In this document: positions 21,109 to 33,100 of the stretch, piece after piece | Layout: each line of letters starts with the position of its first letter | Position numbering within the stretch: position 1 is the stretch's first letter | From: Nemertoderma westbladi | Lineage: Eukaryota > Animalia > Xenacoelomorpha | Length of the DNA: 38,364 nt | Direction: 5' to 3' | NCBI GenBank assembly: GCA_032718475.1 | Contig: JAUCBJ010003411.1 | Coordinates: 1-38,364 of the forward strand | Position numbers and translations under genes: made by a program | The notes under the pieces: generated by a model | Told to the model about the DNA's origin: nothing | What the model saw: the letters and a program-made list of their open reading frames with translations, nothing else | Databases searched by the model: none

Positions 21109-24100
21109 CCGTTACTCTACTCCCCGTTGCTCTACTCCCCGTTGCTCTACTCCCCGTTGCTCTACTCCCCGTTGTTGCTCTACTCCCCGTTGTTGCTCTA
21201 CTCCCCGTTGTTGCTCTACTCCCCGTTGCTCTACTCCCCGTTGCTCTACTCCCCGTTGCTCTACTCCCCGTTGCTCTACTCCCCGTTACTCTACTCCCCG
21301 TTGCTCTACTCCCCGTTGCTCTACTCACCGTTGCTCTACTCCCCGTTGTTGCTCTACTCCCCGTTGTTGCTCTACTCCCCGTTGCTCTACTCCCCGTTGC
21401 TCTACTCCCCGTTGCTCTACTCCCCGTTGCTCTACTCCCCGTTGTTGCTCTACTCCCCATTGCTCTACTCTCCGTTGCTCTACTCCCCGTTGCTCTACTC
21501 CCCGTTGCTCTACTCCCCGTTGCTCTACTCCCCGTTGCTCTACTCCCCGTTGTTGCTCTACTCCCCGTTGCTCTACTCCCCGTTGCTCTACTCCCTGTTG
21601 TTGCTCTACTCCCCGTTGCTCTACTCCCCGTTGCTCTACTCCCCGTTGCTCTACTCCCCGTTGCTCTACTCCCCGTTGCTCTACTCCCCGTTGCTCTACT
21701 CCCCGTTGCTCTACTCCCCGTTGCTCTACTCCCCGTTGCTCTACTCCCCGTTGCTCTACTCCCCGTTGCTCTACTCCCCGTTGTTGCTCTACTCCCCGTT
21801 GCTCTACTCCCCGTTGCTCTACTCCCTGTTGTTGCTCTACTCCCCGTTGCTCTACTCCCCGTTGCTCTACTCCCCGTTGCTCTACTCCCCGTTGTTGCTC
21901 TACTCCCCGTTGCTCTACTCCCCGTTGCTCTACTCCCCGTTGCTCTACTCCCCGTTGCTCTACTCCCCGTTGCTCTACTCCCCGTTGTTGCTCTACTCTC
22001 CATTGCTCTACTCTCCGTTGCTCTACTCCCCGTTGCTCTACTCCCCGTTGCTCTACTCCCCGTTGCTCTACTCCCCGTTGCTCTACTCCCCGTTGTTGCT
22101 CTACTCCCCGTTGCTCTACTCCCCGTTGCTCTACTCCCTGTTGTTGCTCTACTCCCCGTTGCTCTACTCCCCGTTGCTCTACTCCCCGTTGCTCTACTCC
22201 CCGTTGCTCTACTCCCCGTTGCTCTACTACCCGTTGCTCTACTACCCGTTGCTCTACTCCCCGTTGCTCTACTCCCCGTTGCTCTACTCCCCGTTGCTCT
22301 ACTCCCCGTTGCTCTACTCCCCGTTGTTACTCTACTCCCCGTTGTTGCTCTACTCCCCGTTGCTCTACTCCCCGTTGCTCTACTCCCCGTTGCTCTACTC
22401 CCCGTTGCACTACTCTCCGTTGCTCTACTCCCCGTTACTCTACTCTCCGTTGCTCTACTCCCCGTTGTTGCTCTACTCCCCGTTGCTCTACTCCCCGTTG
22501 CTCTACTCCCCGTTGCTCTACTCCCCGTTGCTCTACTCCCCGTTGCTCTACTCCCCGTTGCTCTACTCCCCGTTGCTCTACTCCCCGTTGCTCTACTCCC
22601 CGTTGCTCTACTCCCCGTTGCTCTACTCCCCGTTGCTCTACTCCCCGTTGCTCTACTCCCCGTTGTTGCTCTACTCCCCGTTGCTCTACTCTCCGTTGCT
22701 CTACTCCCCGTTGCTCTACTCCCCGTTGCTCTACTCCCCGTTGTTGCTCTACTCCCCGTTGCTCTACTCTCCGTTGCTCTACTCCCCGTTGCTCTACTCC
22801 CCGTTGCTCTACTCCCCGTTGCTCTACTCTCCGTTGCTCTACTCCCCGTTGCTCTACTCCCCGTTACTCTACTCTCCGTTGCTCTACTCCCCGTTGCTCT
22901 ACTCCCCGTTGCTCTACTCCCCGTTGTTGCTCTACTCCCCGTTGCTCTACTCCCCGTTGCTCTACTCCCTGTTGTTGCTCTACTCCCCGTTGCTCTACTC
23001 CCCGTTGCTCTACTCCCCGTTGCTCTACTCCCCGTTGCTCTACTCCCCGTTGTTGCTCTACTCCCCGTTGCTCTACTCCCCGTTGCTCTACTCCCTGTTG
23101 TTGCTCTACTCCCCGTTGCTCTACTCCCCGTTGCTCTACTCCCCGTTGCTCTACTCCCCGTTGCTCTACTCCCCGTTGCTCTACTACCCGTTGCTCTACT
23201 ACCCGTTGCTCTACTCCCCGTTGCTCTACTCCCCGTTGCTCTACTCCCCGTTGCTCTACTCCCCGTTGCTCTACTCCCCGTTGCTCTACTCCCCGTTGTT
23301 ACTCTACTCCCCGTTGTTGCTCTACTCCCCGTTGCTCTACTCCCCGTTGCTCTACTCCCCGTTGCTCTACTCCACGTTGCTCTACTCCCCGTTGCTCTAC
23401 TTCCCGTTGCTCTACTCCCCGTTGCTCTACTTCCCGTTGTTGCTCTACTCCCCGTTGCTCTACTCCCCGTTGCACTACTCCCCGTTGCTCTACTCCCCGT
23501 TGCTCTACTCCCCGTTGCTCTACTCCCCGTTGCTCTACTCCCCGTTGCTCTACTCCCCGTTGCTCTACTCCCCGTTGCTCTACTCCCCGTTGCTCTACTC
23601 CCCGTTGCTCTACTCCCCGTTGCTCTACTCCCCGTTGCTCTACTCCCCGTTGCTCTACTCCCCGTTACTCTACTCCCCGTTGCTCTACTCCCCGTTGCTC
23701 TACTCCCCGTTGCTCTACTCCCCGTTGCTCTACTTCCCGTTGTTGCTCTACTCCCCGTTGCTCTACTCCCCGTTGCACTACTCCCCGTTGTTGCTCTACT
23801 CTCCGTTGCTCTACTCCCCGTTGCTCTACTCCCCGTTGCTCTACTCTCCGTTGCTCTACTCCCCGTTGTTGCTCTACTCTCCGTTACTCTACTCCCCGTT
23901 GTTGCTCTACTCCCCGTTGCTCTACTCCCCGTTACTCTACTCCCCGTTGCTCTACTCCCCGTTGCTCTACTCCCCGTTGCTCTACTCCCCGTTGTTGCTC
24001 TACTCCCCGTTACTCTACTCTCCGTTGCTCTACTCTCCGTTGCTCTACTCCCCGTTGCTCTACTCCCCGTTGCTCTACTCCCCGTTGTTGCTCTACTCCC

Positions 24101-27100
24101 CGTTGCTCTACTCCCCGTTGCTCTACTCCCCGTTGCTCTACTCCCCGTTGCTCTACTCCCCGTTGCTCTACTCCCCGTTGCTCTACTCCCCGTTGTTGCT
24201 CTACTCCCCGTTGCTCTACTCCCCGTTGCTCTACTCCCCGTTGCTCTACTCCCCGTTGCTCTACTCCCCGTTGTTGCTCTACTCCCCGTTGCTCTACTCC
24301 CCGTTGCTCTACTCCCCGTTGTTGCTCTACTCCCCGTTGCTCTACTCCCCGTTGCTCTACTCCCCGTTACTCTACTCTCCGTTGCTCTACTCCCCGTGTT
24401 GCTCTACTCCCCGTTGCTCTACTCCCCGTTGCTCTACTCCCCGTTGCTCTACTCCCCGTTGCTCTACTCCCCGTTGTTGCTCTACTCCCCGTTGCTCTAC
24501 TCCCCGTTGCTCTACTCCCCGTTGCTCTACTCCCCGTTGCTCTACTCCCCGTTGCTCTACTCCCCGTTGCTCTACTCCCCGTTGCTCTACTCCCCGTTGC
24601 TCTACTACCCGTTGCTCTACTCCCCGTTGCTCTACTCCCCGTTGCTCTACTCCCCGTTGCTCTACTCCCCGTTGCTCTACTCCCCGTTGCTCTACTCCCC
24701 GTTGCTCTACTCCCCGTTGTTGCTCTACTCCCCGTTGCTCTACTCCCCGTTGCTCTACTCCCCGTTGCTCTACTCCCCGTTGCTCTACTCCCCGTTGCTC
24801 TACTCCCCGTTGCTCTACTCCCCGTTGCTCTACTCCCCGTTGCTCTACTCCCCGTTGCTCTACTCCCCGTTGCTCTACTCCCCGTTGTTGCTCTACTCCC
24901 CGTTGCACTACTCCCCGTTGCTCTACTCCCCGTTGTTACTCTACTCCCCGTTGCTCTACTTCCCGTTGCTCTACTCCCCGTTGCTCTACTCCCCGTTGTT
25001 GCTCTACTCCCCGTTGCTCTACTCCCCGTTGCTCTACTCCCCGTTGTTACTCTACTCCCCGTTGTTGCTCTACTCCCCGTTGCTCTACTCCCCGTTGCTC
25101 TACTCCCCGTTGCTCTACTCCCCGTTGCTCTACTCCCCGTTGCTCTACTCCCCGTTGCTCTACTCCCCGTTGCTCTACTCCCCGTTGCTCTACTCCCCGT
25201 TGCTCTACTCCCCGTTGTTGCTCTACTCCCCGTTGCTCTACTCCCCGTTGTTGCTCTACTCCCCGTTGCTCTACTCCCCGTTGCTCTACTCTCCGTTGCT
25301 CTACTCCCCGTTGCTCTACTCCCCGTTGCTCTACTCCCCGTTGCTCTACTCTCCGTTGCTCTACTCCCCGTTGCTCTACTCCCCGTTGCTCTACTCCCCG
25401 TTGCTCTACTCCCCGTTGCTCTACTCCCCGTTGCTCTACTCCCCGTTGTTGCTCTACTCCCCGTTGCTCTACTCCCCGTTGCTCTACTCCCCGTTGCTCT
25501 ACTCCCCGTTGCTCTACTCCCCGTTGTTGCTCTACTCCCCGTTGCTCTACTCCCCGTTGCTCTACTCCCCGTTGCTCTACTCCCCGTTGCTCTACTCCCC
25601 GTTGCTCTACTCCCCGTTGCTCTACTCCCCGTTGCTCTACTCCCCGTTGTTGCTCTACTCCCCGTTGCTCTACTCCCCGTTGCTCTACTCCCCGTTGCTC
25701 TACTCCCCGTTGCTCTACTCCCCGTTGCTCTACTCTCCGTTGCTCTACTCCCCGTTGCTCTACTCCCCGTTGCTCTACTCCCCGTTGCTCTACTCCCCGT
25801 TGCTCTACTCCCCATTGTTGCTCTACTCCCCGTTGCTCTACTCCCCGTTGTTGCTCTACTCCCCGTTGCTCTACTCCCCGTTGCTCTACTCCCCGTTCTT
25901 GCTCTACTCCCCGTTGTTGCTCTACTCCCCGTTGCTCTACTCCCCGTTGCTCTACTCCCCGTTGCTCTACTCCCCGTTGCACTACTCCCCGTTGTTGCTC
26001 TACTCTCCGTTGCTCTACTCCCCGTTGTTGCTCTACTCCCCGTTACTCTACTCTCCGTTACTCTACTCTCCGTTGCTCTACTCCCCGTTACTCTACTCCC
26101 CGTTGCTCTACTCTCCGTTGCTCTACTCCCCGTTGTTGCTCTACTCCCCGTTACTCTACTCCCCGTTGCTCTATTCCCCGTTGCTCTACTCCCCGTTGCT
26201 CTACTCCCCATTGCTCTACTCCCCGTTACTCTACTCCCCGTTGCACTACTCCCCGTTGTTGCTCTACTCTCCGTTGCTCTACTCCCCGTTGTTGCTCTAC
26301 TCCCCGTTACTCTACTCCCCGTTACTCTACTCCCCGTTACTCTACTCCCCGTTGCTCTACTCCCCGTTGCTCTACTCTCCGTTGCTCTACTCCCCGTTGC
26401 TCTACTCCCCGTTACTCTACTCTCCGTTGCTCTACTCCCCGTTGCTCTACTCCCCGTTGCTCTACTCCCCGTTGCTCTACTCCCCGTTGTTGCTCTACTC
26501 CCCGTTGCTCTACTCCCCGTTGCTCTACTCCCCGTTGCTCTACTCCCCGTTGCTCTACTCCCCGTTGCTCTACTCCCCGTTGTTGCTCTACTCCCCGTTG
26601 CTCTACTCCCCGTTGCTCTACTCCCCGTTGTTGCTCTACTCCCCGTTGCTCTACTCCCCGTTGATCTACTCTCCGTTGCTCTACTCCCCGTTGCTCTACT
26701 CCCCGTTGCTCTACTCCCCGTTGCTCTACTCCCCGTTGTTGCTCTACTCCCCGTTGCTCTACTCCCCGTTGCTCTACTCCCCGTTGCTCTACTCCCCGTT
26801 ACTCTACTCCCCGTTGCTCTACTCCCCGTTGCTCTACTCCCCGTTGCTCTACTCCCCGTTGCTCTACTCCCCGTTGCTCTACTCCCCGTTGCTCTACTCC
26901 CCGTTGCTCTACTCCCCGTTGCTCTACTCCCCGTTGTTGCTCTACTCCCCGTTGCTCTACTCTCCGTTGTTGCTCTATTCCCCGTTGCTCTACTCCTCGT
27001 TGCTCTACTCCCCGTTGCTCTACTCCCCGTTGCTCTACTCTCCGTTGCTCTACTCCCCGTTGTTGCTCTACTCCCCGTTGCTCTACTCCCCATTGCTCTA

Positions 27101-30100
27101 CTCCCCGTTGCTCTACTCCCCGTTGCTCTACTCCCCGTTGCTCTACTCCCCGTTGCTCTACTCCCCGTTGCTCTACTCCCCGTTGCTCTACTCCCCGTTG
27201 CTCTACTCCCCGTTGCTCTACTCCCCGTTGCTCTACTCCCCGTTGCTCTACTCCCCGTTGCTCTACTCCCCGTTGTTGCTCTACTCCCCGTTGCTCTACT
27301 CTCCGTTGTTGCTCTATTCCCCGTTGCTCTACTCCTCGTTGCTCTACTCCCCGTTGCTCTACTCCCCGTTGCTCTACTCCCCGTTGCTCTACTCCCCGTT
27401 GCTCTACTCCCCGTTGCTCTACTCTCCGTTGCTCTACTCCCCGTTGCTCTACTCCCCGTTACTCTACTCTCCGTTGCTCTACTCCCCGTTGCTCTACTCC
27501 CCGTTGCTCTACTCTCCGTTGCTCTACTCCCCGTTGTTGCTCTACTCCCCGTTGCTCTACTCCCCGTTGCTCTATTCCCCGTTGCTCTACTCCCCGTTGC
27601 TCTACTCCCCGTTGCTCTACTCCCCGTTGTTGCTCTACTCCCCGTTGCTCTACTCCCCGTTGCTCTACTCCCCGTTGTTGCTCTACTCCCCGTTGCTCTA
27701 CTCCCCGTTGCTCTACTCTCCGTTGCTCTACTCCCCGTTGCTCTACTCCCCGTTACTCTACTCTCCGTTGCTCTACTCCCCGTTGCTCTACTCCCCGTTG
27801 CTCTACTCCCCGTTGCTCTACTCTCCGTTGCTCTACTCCCCGTTGCTCTACTCCCCGTTACTCTACTCTCCGTTGCTCTACTCCCCGTTGCTCTACTCCC
27901 CGTTGCTCTACTCCCCGTTGCTCTACTCCCAGTTGTTGCTCTACTCCCCGTTGCTCTACTCTCCGTTGCTCTACTCCCCGTTGCTCTACTCCCCGTTGCT
28001 CTACTCCCCGTTGCTCTACTCCCCGTTGTTGCTCTACTCCCCGTTGCTCTACTCCCCGTTGCTCTACTCCCCGTTGCTCTACTCCCCGTTGCTCTACTCC
28101 CCGTTGCTCTACTCCCCGTTGCTCTACTCCCCGTTGTTGCTCTACTCCCCGTTACTCTACTCCCCGTTGCTCTACTCCCCGTTACTCTACTCCCCGTTGC
28201 TCTATTCCCCGTTACTCTACTCTCCGTTGCTCTACTCCCCGTTGCTCTACTCCCCGTTGCTCTACTCCCCGTTGCTCTACTCCCCGTTGCTCTACTCCCC
28301 GTTGCTCTACTCCCCGTTGCTCTACTCCCCGTTACTCTACTCCCCGTTACTCTACTCCCCGTTGCTCTACTCCCCGTTGCTCTACTCCCCGTTGCTCTAC
28401 TCCCCGTTGCTCTACTCTCCGTTGCTCTACTCCCCGTTGTTGCTCTACTCCCCGTTGCTCTACTCCCCGTTGCTCTACTCTCCGTTGCTCTACTCCCCGT
28501 TGCTCTACTCCCCGTTACTCTACTCTCCGTTGCTCTACTCCCCGTTGCTCTACTCCCCGTTGCTCTACTCCCCGTTGCTCTACTCCCCGTTGCTCTACTC
28601 CCCGTTGTTGCTCTACTCCCCGTTGCTCTACACCCCGTTGCTCTACTCCCCGTTACTCTACTCTCCGTTGCTCTACTCCCCGTTGCTCTACTCCCCGTTG
28701 CTCTACTACCCGTTGCTCTACTCCCCGTTGTTGCTCTACTCCCCATTGTTGCTCTACTCCCCGTTGCTCTACTCCCCGTTGTTGCTCTACTCCCCGTTGC
28801 TCTACTCCCCGTTGCTCTACTCCCCGTTGTTGCTCTACTCCCCATTGTTGCTCTACTCCCCGTTGCTCTACTCCCCGTTGTTGCTCTACTCCCCGTTGCT
28901 CTACTCCCCGTTGCTCTACTCCCCGTTGTTGCTCTACTCCCCGTTACTCTACTCACCGTTGCTCTACTCCCCGTTGCTCTACTCCCCGTTGCTCTACTCC
29001 CCGTTGCTCTACTCCCCGTTGCTCTACTCCCCGTTGTTGCTCTACTCCCCGTTGTTGCTCTACTCTCCGTTGTTGCTCTACTCTCCGTTGCTCTACTCCC
29101 CGTTGCTCTACTCCCCGTTACTCTACTCCCCGTTGCTCTACTCCCCGTTGCTCTACTCCCCGTTGTTGCTCTACTCCCCGTTGCTCTACTCCCCGTTGCT
29201 CTACTCCCCGTTGTTGCTCTACTCCCCGTTACTCTACTCACCGTTGCTCTACTCCCCGTTGCTCTACTCCCCGTTGCTCTACTCCCCGTTGCTCTACTCC
29301 CCGTTGCTCTACTCCCCGTTGTTGCTCTACTCCCCGTTGTTGCTCTACTCTCCGTTGTTGCTCTACTCTCCGTTGCTCTACTCCCCGTTGCTCTACTCCC
29401 CGTTACTCTACTCTCCGTTGCTCTACTCCCCGTTGCTCTACTCCCCGTTGCTCTACTCCCCGTTGCTCTACTCCCCGTTGTTGCTCTACTCCCCGTTACT
29501 CTACTCCCCGTTGCTCTACTCCCCGTTGCTCTACTCCCCGTTGCTCTACTCCCCGTTGCTCTACTCTCCGTTGCTCTACTCCCCGTTGTTGCTCTACTCC
29601 CCGTTGCTCTACTCCCCGTTGCTCTACTCCCCGTTGCTCTACTCCCCGTTGCTCTACTCCCCGTTGCTCTACTCCCCGTTGCTCTACTCCCCGTTGCTCT
29701 ACTCCCCGTTGCTCTACTCCCCGTTGCTCTACTCCCCGTTGCTCTACTCCCCGTTGCTCTACTCCCCGTTGCTCTACTCCCCGTTGCTCTACTCCCCGTT
29801 GCACTACTCCCCGTTGCTCTACTCCCCGTTGCTCTACTCCCCGTTGCTCTACTCTCCGTTGCTCTACTCCCCGTTGCTCTACTCCCCGTTACTCTACTCT
29901 CCGTTGCTCTACTCCCCGTTGCTCTACTCTCCGTTGCTCTACTCCCCGTTGCTCTACTCCCCGTTGCTCTACTCCCCGTTGCTCTACTCTCCGTTGCTCT
30001 ACTCCCCGTTGCTCTACTCCCCGTTACTCTACTCCCCGTTGCTCTACTCCCCGTTGCTCTACTCCCCGTTGCTCTACTCCCCGTTGCTCTACTCCCCGTT

Positions 30101-33100
30101 GCTCTACTCTCCGTTGCTCTACTCCCCGTTGCTCTACTCCCCGTTGCTCTACTCCCCGTTGCTCTACTCCCCGTTGCTCTACTCCCCGTTGCTCTACTCC
30201 ACGTTGCTCTACTCCCCGTTGCTCTACTCCCCGTTGCTCTACTCTCCGTTGCTCTACTCCCCGTTGCTCTACTCCCCGTTGCTCTACTCCCCGTTGCTCT
30301 ACTCCCCGTTGCTCTACTCCCCGTTGCTCTACTCCACGTTGCTCTACTCCCCGTTGCTCTACTCCCCGTTGCTCTACTCCACGTTGCTCTACTCCCCGTT
30401 GCTCTACTCCCCGTTGCTCTACTCCCCGTTGCTCTACTCCCCGTTGCTCTACTCCCCGTTGCTCTACTCCCCGTTGCTCTACTCCCCGTTGCTCTACTCC
30501 CCGTTGCTCTACTCCCCGTTGCTCTACTCCCCGTTGCTCTACTCCCGTTGCTCTACTCCCCGTTGCTCTACTCCCCGTTGCTCTACTCCCCGTTGCTCTA
30601 CTCCCCGTTGTTGCTCTACTCCCCGTTGCTCTACTCCCCGTTGTTGCTCTACTCTCCGTTGCTCTACTCCCCGTTGCTCTACTCTCCGTTGCTCTACTCT
30701 CCGTTGCTCTACTCCCCGTTGCTCTACTCCCCGTTACTCTACTCCCCGTTGCTCTACTCCCCGTTGCTCTACTCCCCGTTGCTCTACTCTCCGTTGCTCT
30801 ACTCCCCGTTGCTCTACTCTCCGTTGCTCTACTCTCCGTTGCTCTACTCCCCGTTGCTCTACTCCCCGTTACTCTACTCCCCGTTGCTCTACTCCCCGTT
30901 GCTCTACTCCCCGTTGCTCTACTCCCCGTTGCTCTACTCCCCGTTGCTCTACTCCCCGTTGCTCTACTCCCCGTTGCTCTACTCCCCGTTGCTCTACTCC
31001 CCGTTGCTCTACTCCCCGTTGCTCTACTCCCCGTTGCTCTACTCCCCGTTGTTGCTCTACTCCCCGTTGCTCTACTCCCCGTTGTTGCTCTACTCCCCGT
31101 TGCTCTACTCCCCGTTGCTCTACTCCCCGTTGCTCTACTCTCCGTTGCTCTACTCCCCGTTGTTGCTCTACTCCCCGTTGCTCTACTCCCCGTTGCTCTA
31201 CTCTCCGTTGCTCTACTCTCCGTTGCTCTACTCCCCGTTGTTGCTCTACTCCCCGTTGCTCTACTCCCCGTTGCTCTACTCCCCGTTGCTCTACTCTCCG
31301 TTGCTCTACTCCCCGTTGTTGCTCTACTCCCCGTTGCTCTACTCCCCGTTGCTCTACTCTCCGTTGCTCTACTCTCCGTTGCTCTACTCCCCGTTGCTCT
31401 ACTCCCCGTTGCTCTACTCCCCGTTGCTCTACTCTCCGTTGCTCTACTCCCCGTTGTTGCTCTACTCCCCGTTGCTCTACTCTCCGTTGCTCTACTCCCC
31501 GTTGCTCTACTCCCCGTTGCTCTACTCTCCGTTGCTCTACTCCCCGTTGTTGCTCTACTCCCCGTTGCTCTACTCCCCGTTGCTCTACTCCCCGTTGCTC
31601 TACTCTCCGTTGCTCTACTCCCCGTTGTTGCTCTACTCCCCGTTGCTCTACTCCCCGTTGCTCTACTCCCCGTTGCTCTACTCCCCGTTGCTCTACTCCC
31701 CGTTGCTCTACTCCCCGTTGCTCTACTCTCCGTTGCTCTACTCCCCGTTGCTCTACTCCCCGTTGCTCTACTCTCCGTTGCTCTACTCCCCGTTGCTCTA
31801 CTCCCCGTTGCTCTACTCCCCGTTGCTCTACTCCCCGTTGCTCTACTCCCCGTTGCTCTACTCCCCGTTGCTCTACTCTCCGTTGCTCTACTCCCCGTTG
31901 CTCTACTCCCCGTTGCTCTACTCCCCGTTGCTCTACTCCCCGTTGCTCTACTCCCCGTTGCTCTACTCCCCGCTGCTCTACTCTCCGTTGCTCTACTCTC
32001 CGTTGCTCTACTCTCCGTTGCTCTACTCCCCGTTGCTCTACTCCCCGTTGCTCTACTCTCCGTTGCTCTACTCCCCGTTGTTGCTCTACTCCCCGTTGCT
32101 CTACTCTCCGTTGCTCTACTCTCCGTTGCTCTACTCCCCGTTGCTCTACTCCCCGTTGCTCTACTCTCCGTTGCTCTACTCCCCGTTGTTGCTCTACTCC
32201 CCGTTGCTCTACTCTCCGTTGCTCTACTCTCCGTTGCTCTACTCTCCGTTGCTCTACTCCCCGTTGCTCTACTCCCCGTTGCTCTACTCCCCGTTGCTCT
32301 ACTCTCCGTTGCTCTACTCTCCGTTGCTCTACTCCCCGTTGCTCTACTCCCCGTTGCTCTACTCCCTGTTGCTCTACTCCCCGTTGCTCTACTCTCCGTT
32401 GCTCTACTCCCCGTTGCTCTACTCCCCGTTGCTCTACTCCCCGTTGCTCTACTCCCCGTTGCTCTACTCTCCGTTGCTCTACTCTCCGTTGCTCTACTCC
32501 CCGTTGCTCTACTCTCCGTTGCTCTACTCCCCGTTGCTCTACTCCCCGTTGCTCTACTCCCCGTTGCTCTACTCCCCGTTGTTGCTCTACTCCCCGTTGC
32601 TCTACTCCCCGTTGCTCTACTCCCGTTGTTGCTCTACTCCCCGTTGCTCTACTCCCCGTTGCTCTACTCCCCGTTGCTCTACTCCCCGTTGCTCTACTCC
32701 CCGTTGCTCTACTCCCCGTTGCTCTACTCCCCGTTGCTCTACTCCCCGTTGCTCTACTCCCCGTTGCTCTACTCTCCGTTGCTCTACTCTCCGTTGCTCT
32801 ACTCCCCGTTGCTCTACTCCCCGTTGCTCTACTCTCCGTTGCTCTACTCCCCGTTGTTGCTCTACTCCCCGTTGCTCTACTCTCCGTTGCTCTACTCTCC
32901 GTTGCTCTACTCCCCGTTGCTCTACTCCCCGTTGCTCTACTCTCCGTTGCTCTACTCCCCGTTGCTCTACTCCCCGTTGCTCTACTCTCCGTTGCTCTAC
33001 TCCCCGTTGTTGCTCTACTCCCCGTTGCTCTACTCTCCGTTGCTCTACTCCCCGTTGCTCTACTCCCCGTTGCTCTACTCCCCGTTGCTCTACTCTCCGT

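Noticed and set aside
20831-29804. Giant ORFs of 1931 aa (YSPLL/CSTPR) and 1624 aa (GSRAT), plus RGVEQ repeats
   Set aside because: The 15- and 18-bp units are multiples of 3 and stop-free in several frames on both strands. The frame switches at a 1-bp indel near 24397, and the array continues past the ORF ends. These are satellite artefacts, not extensin, mucin or CTD-like genes.
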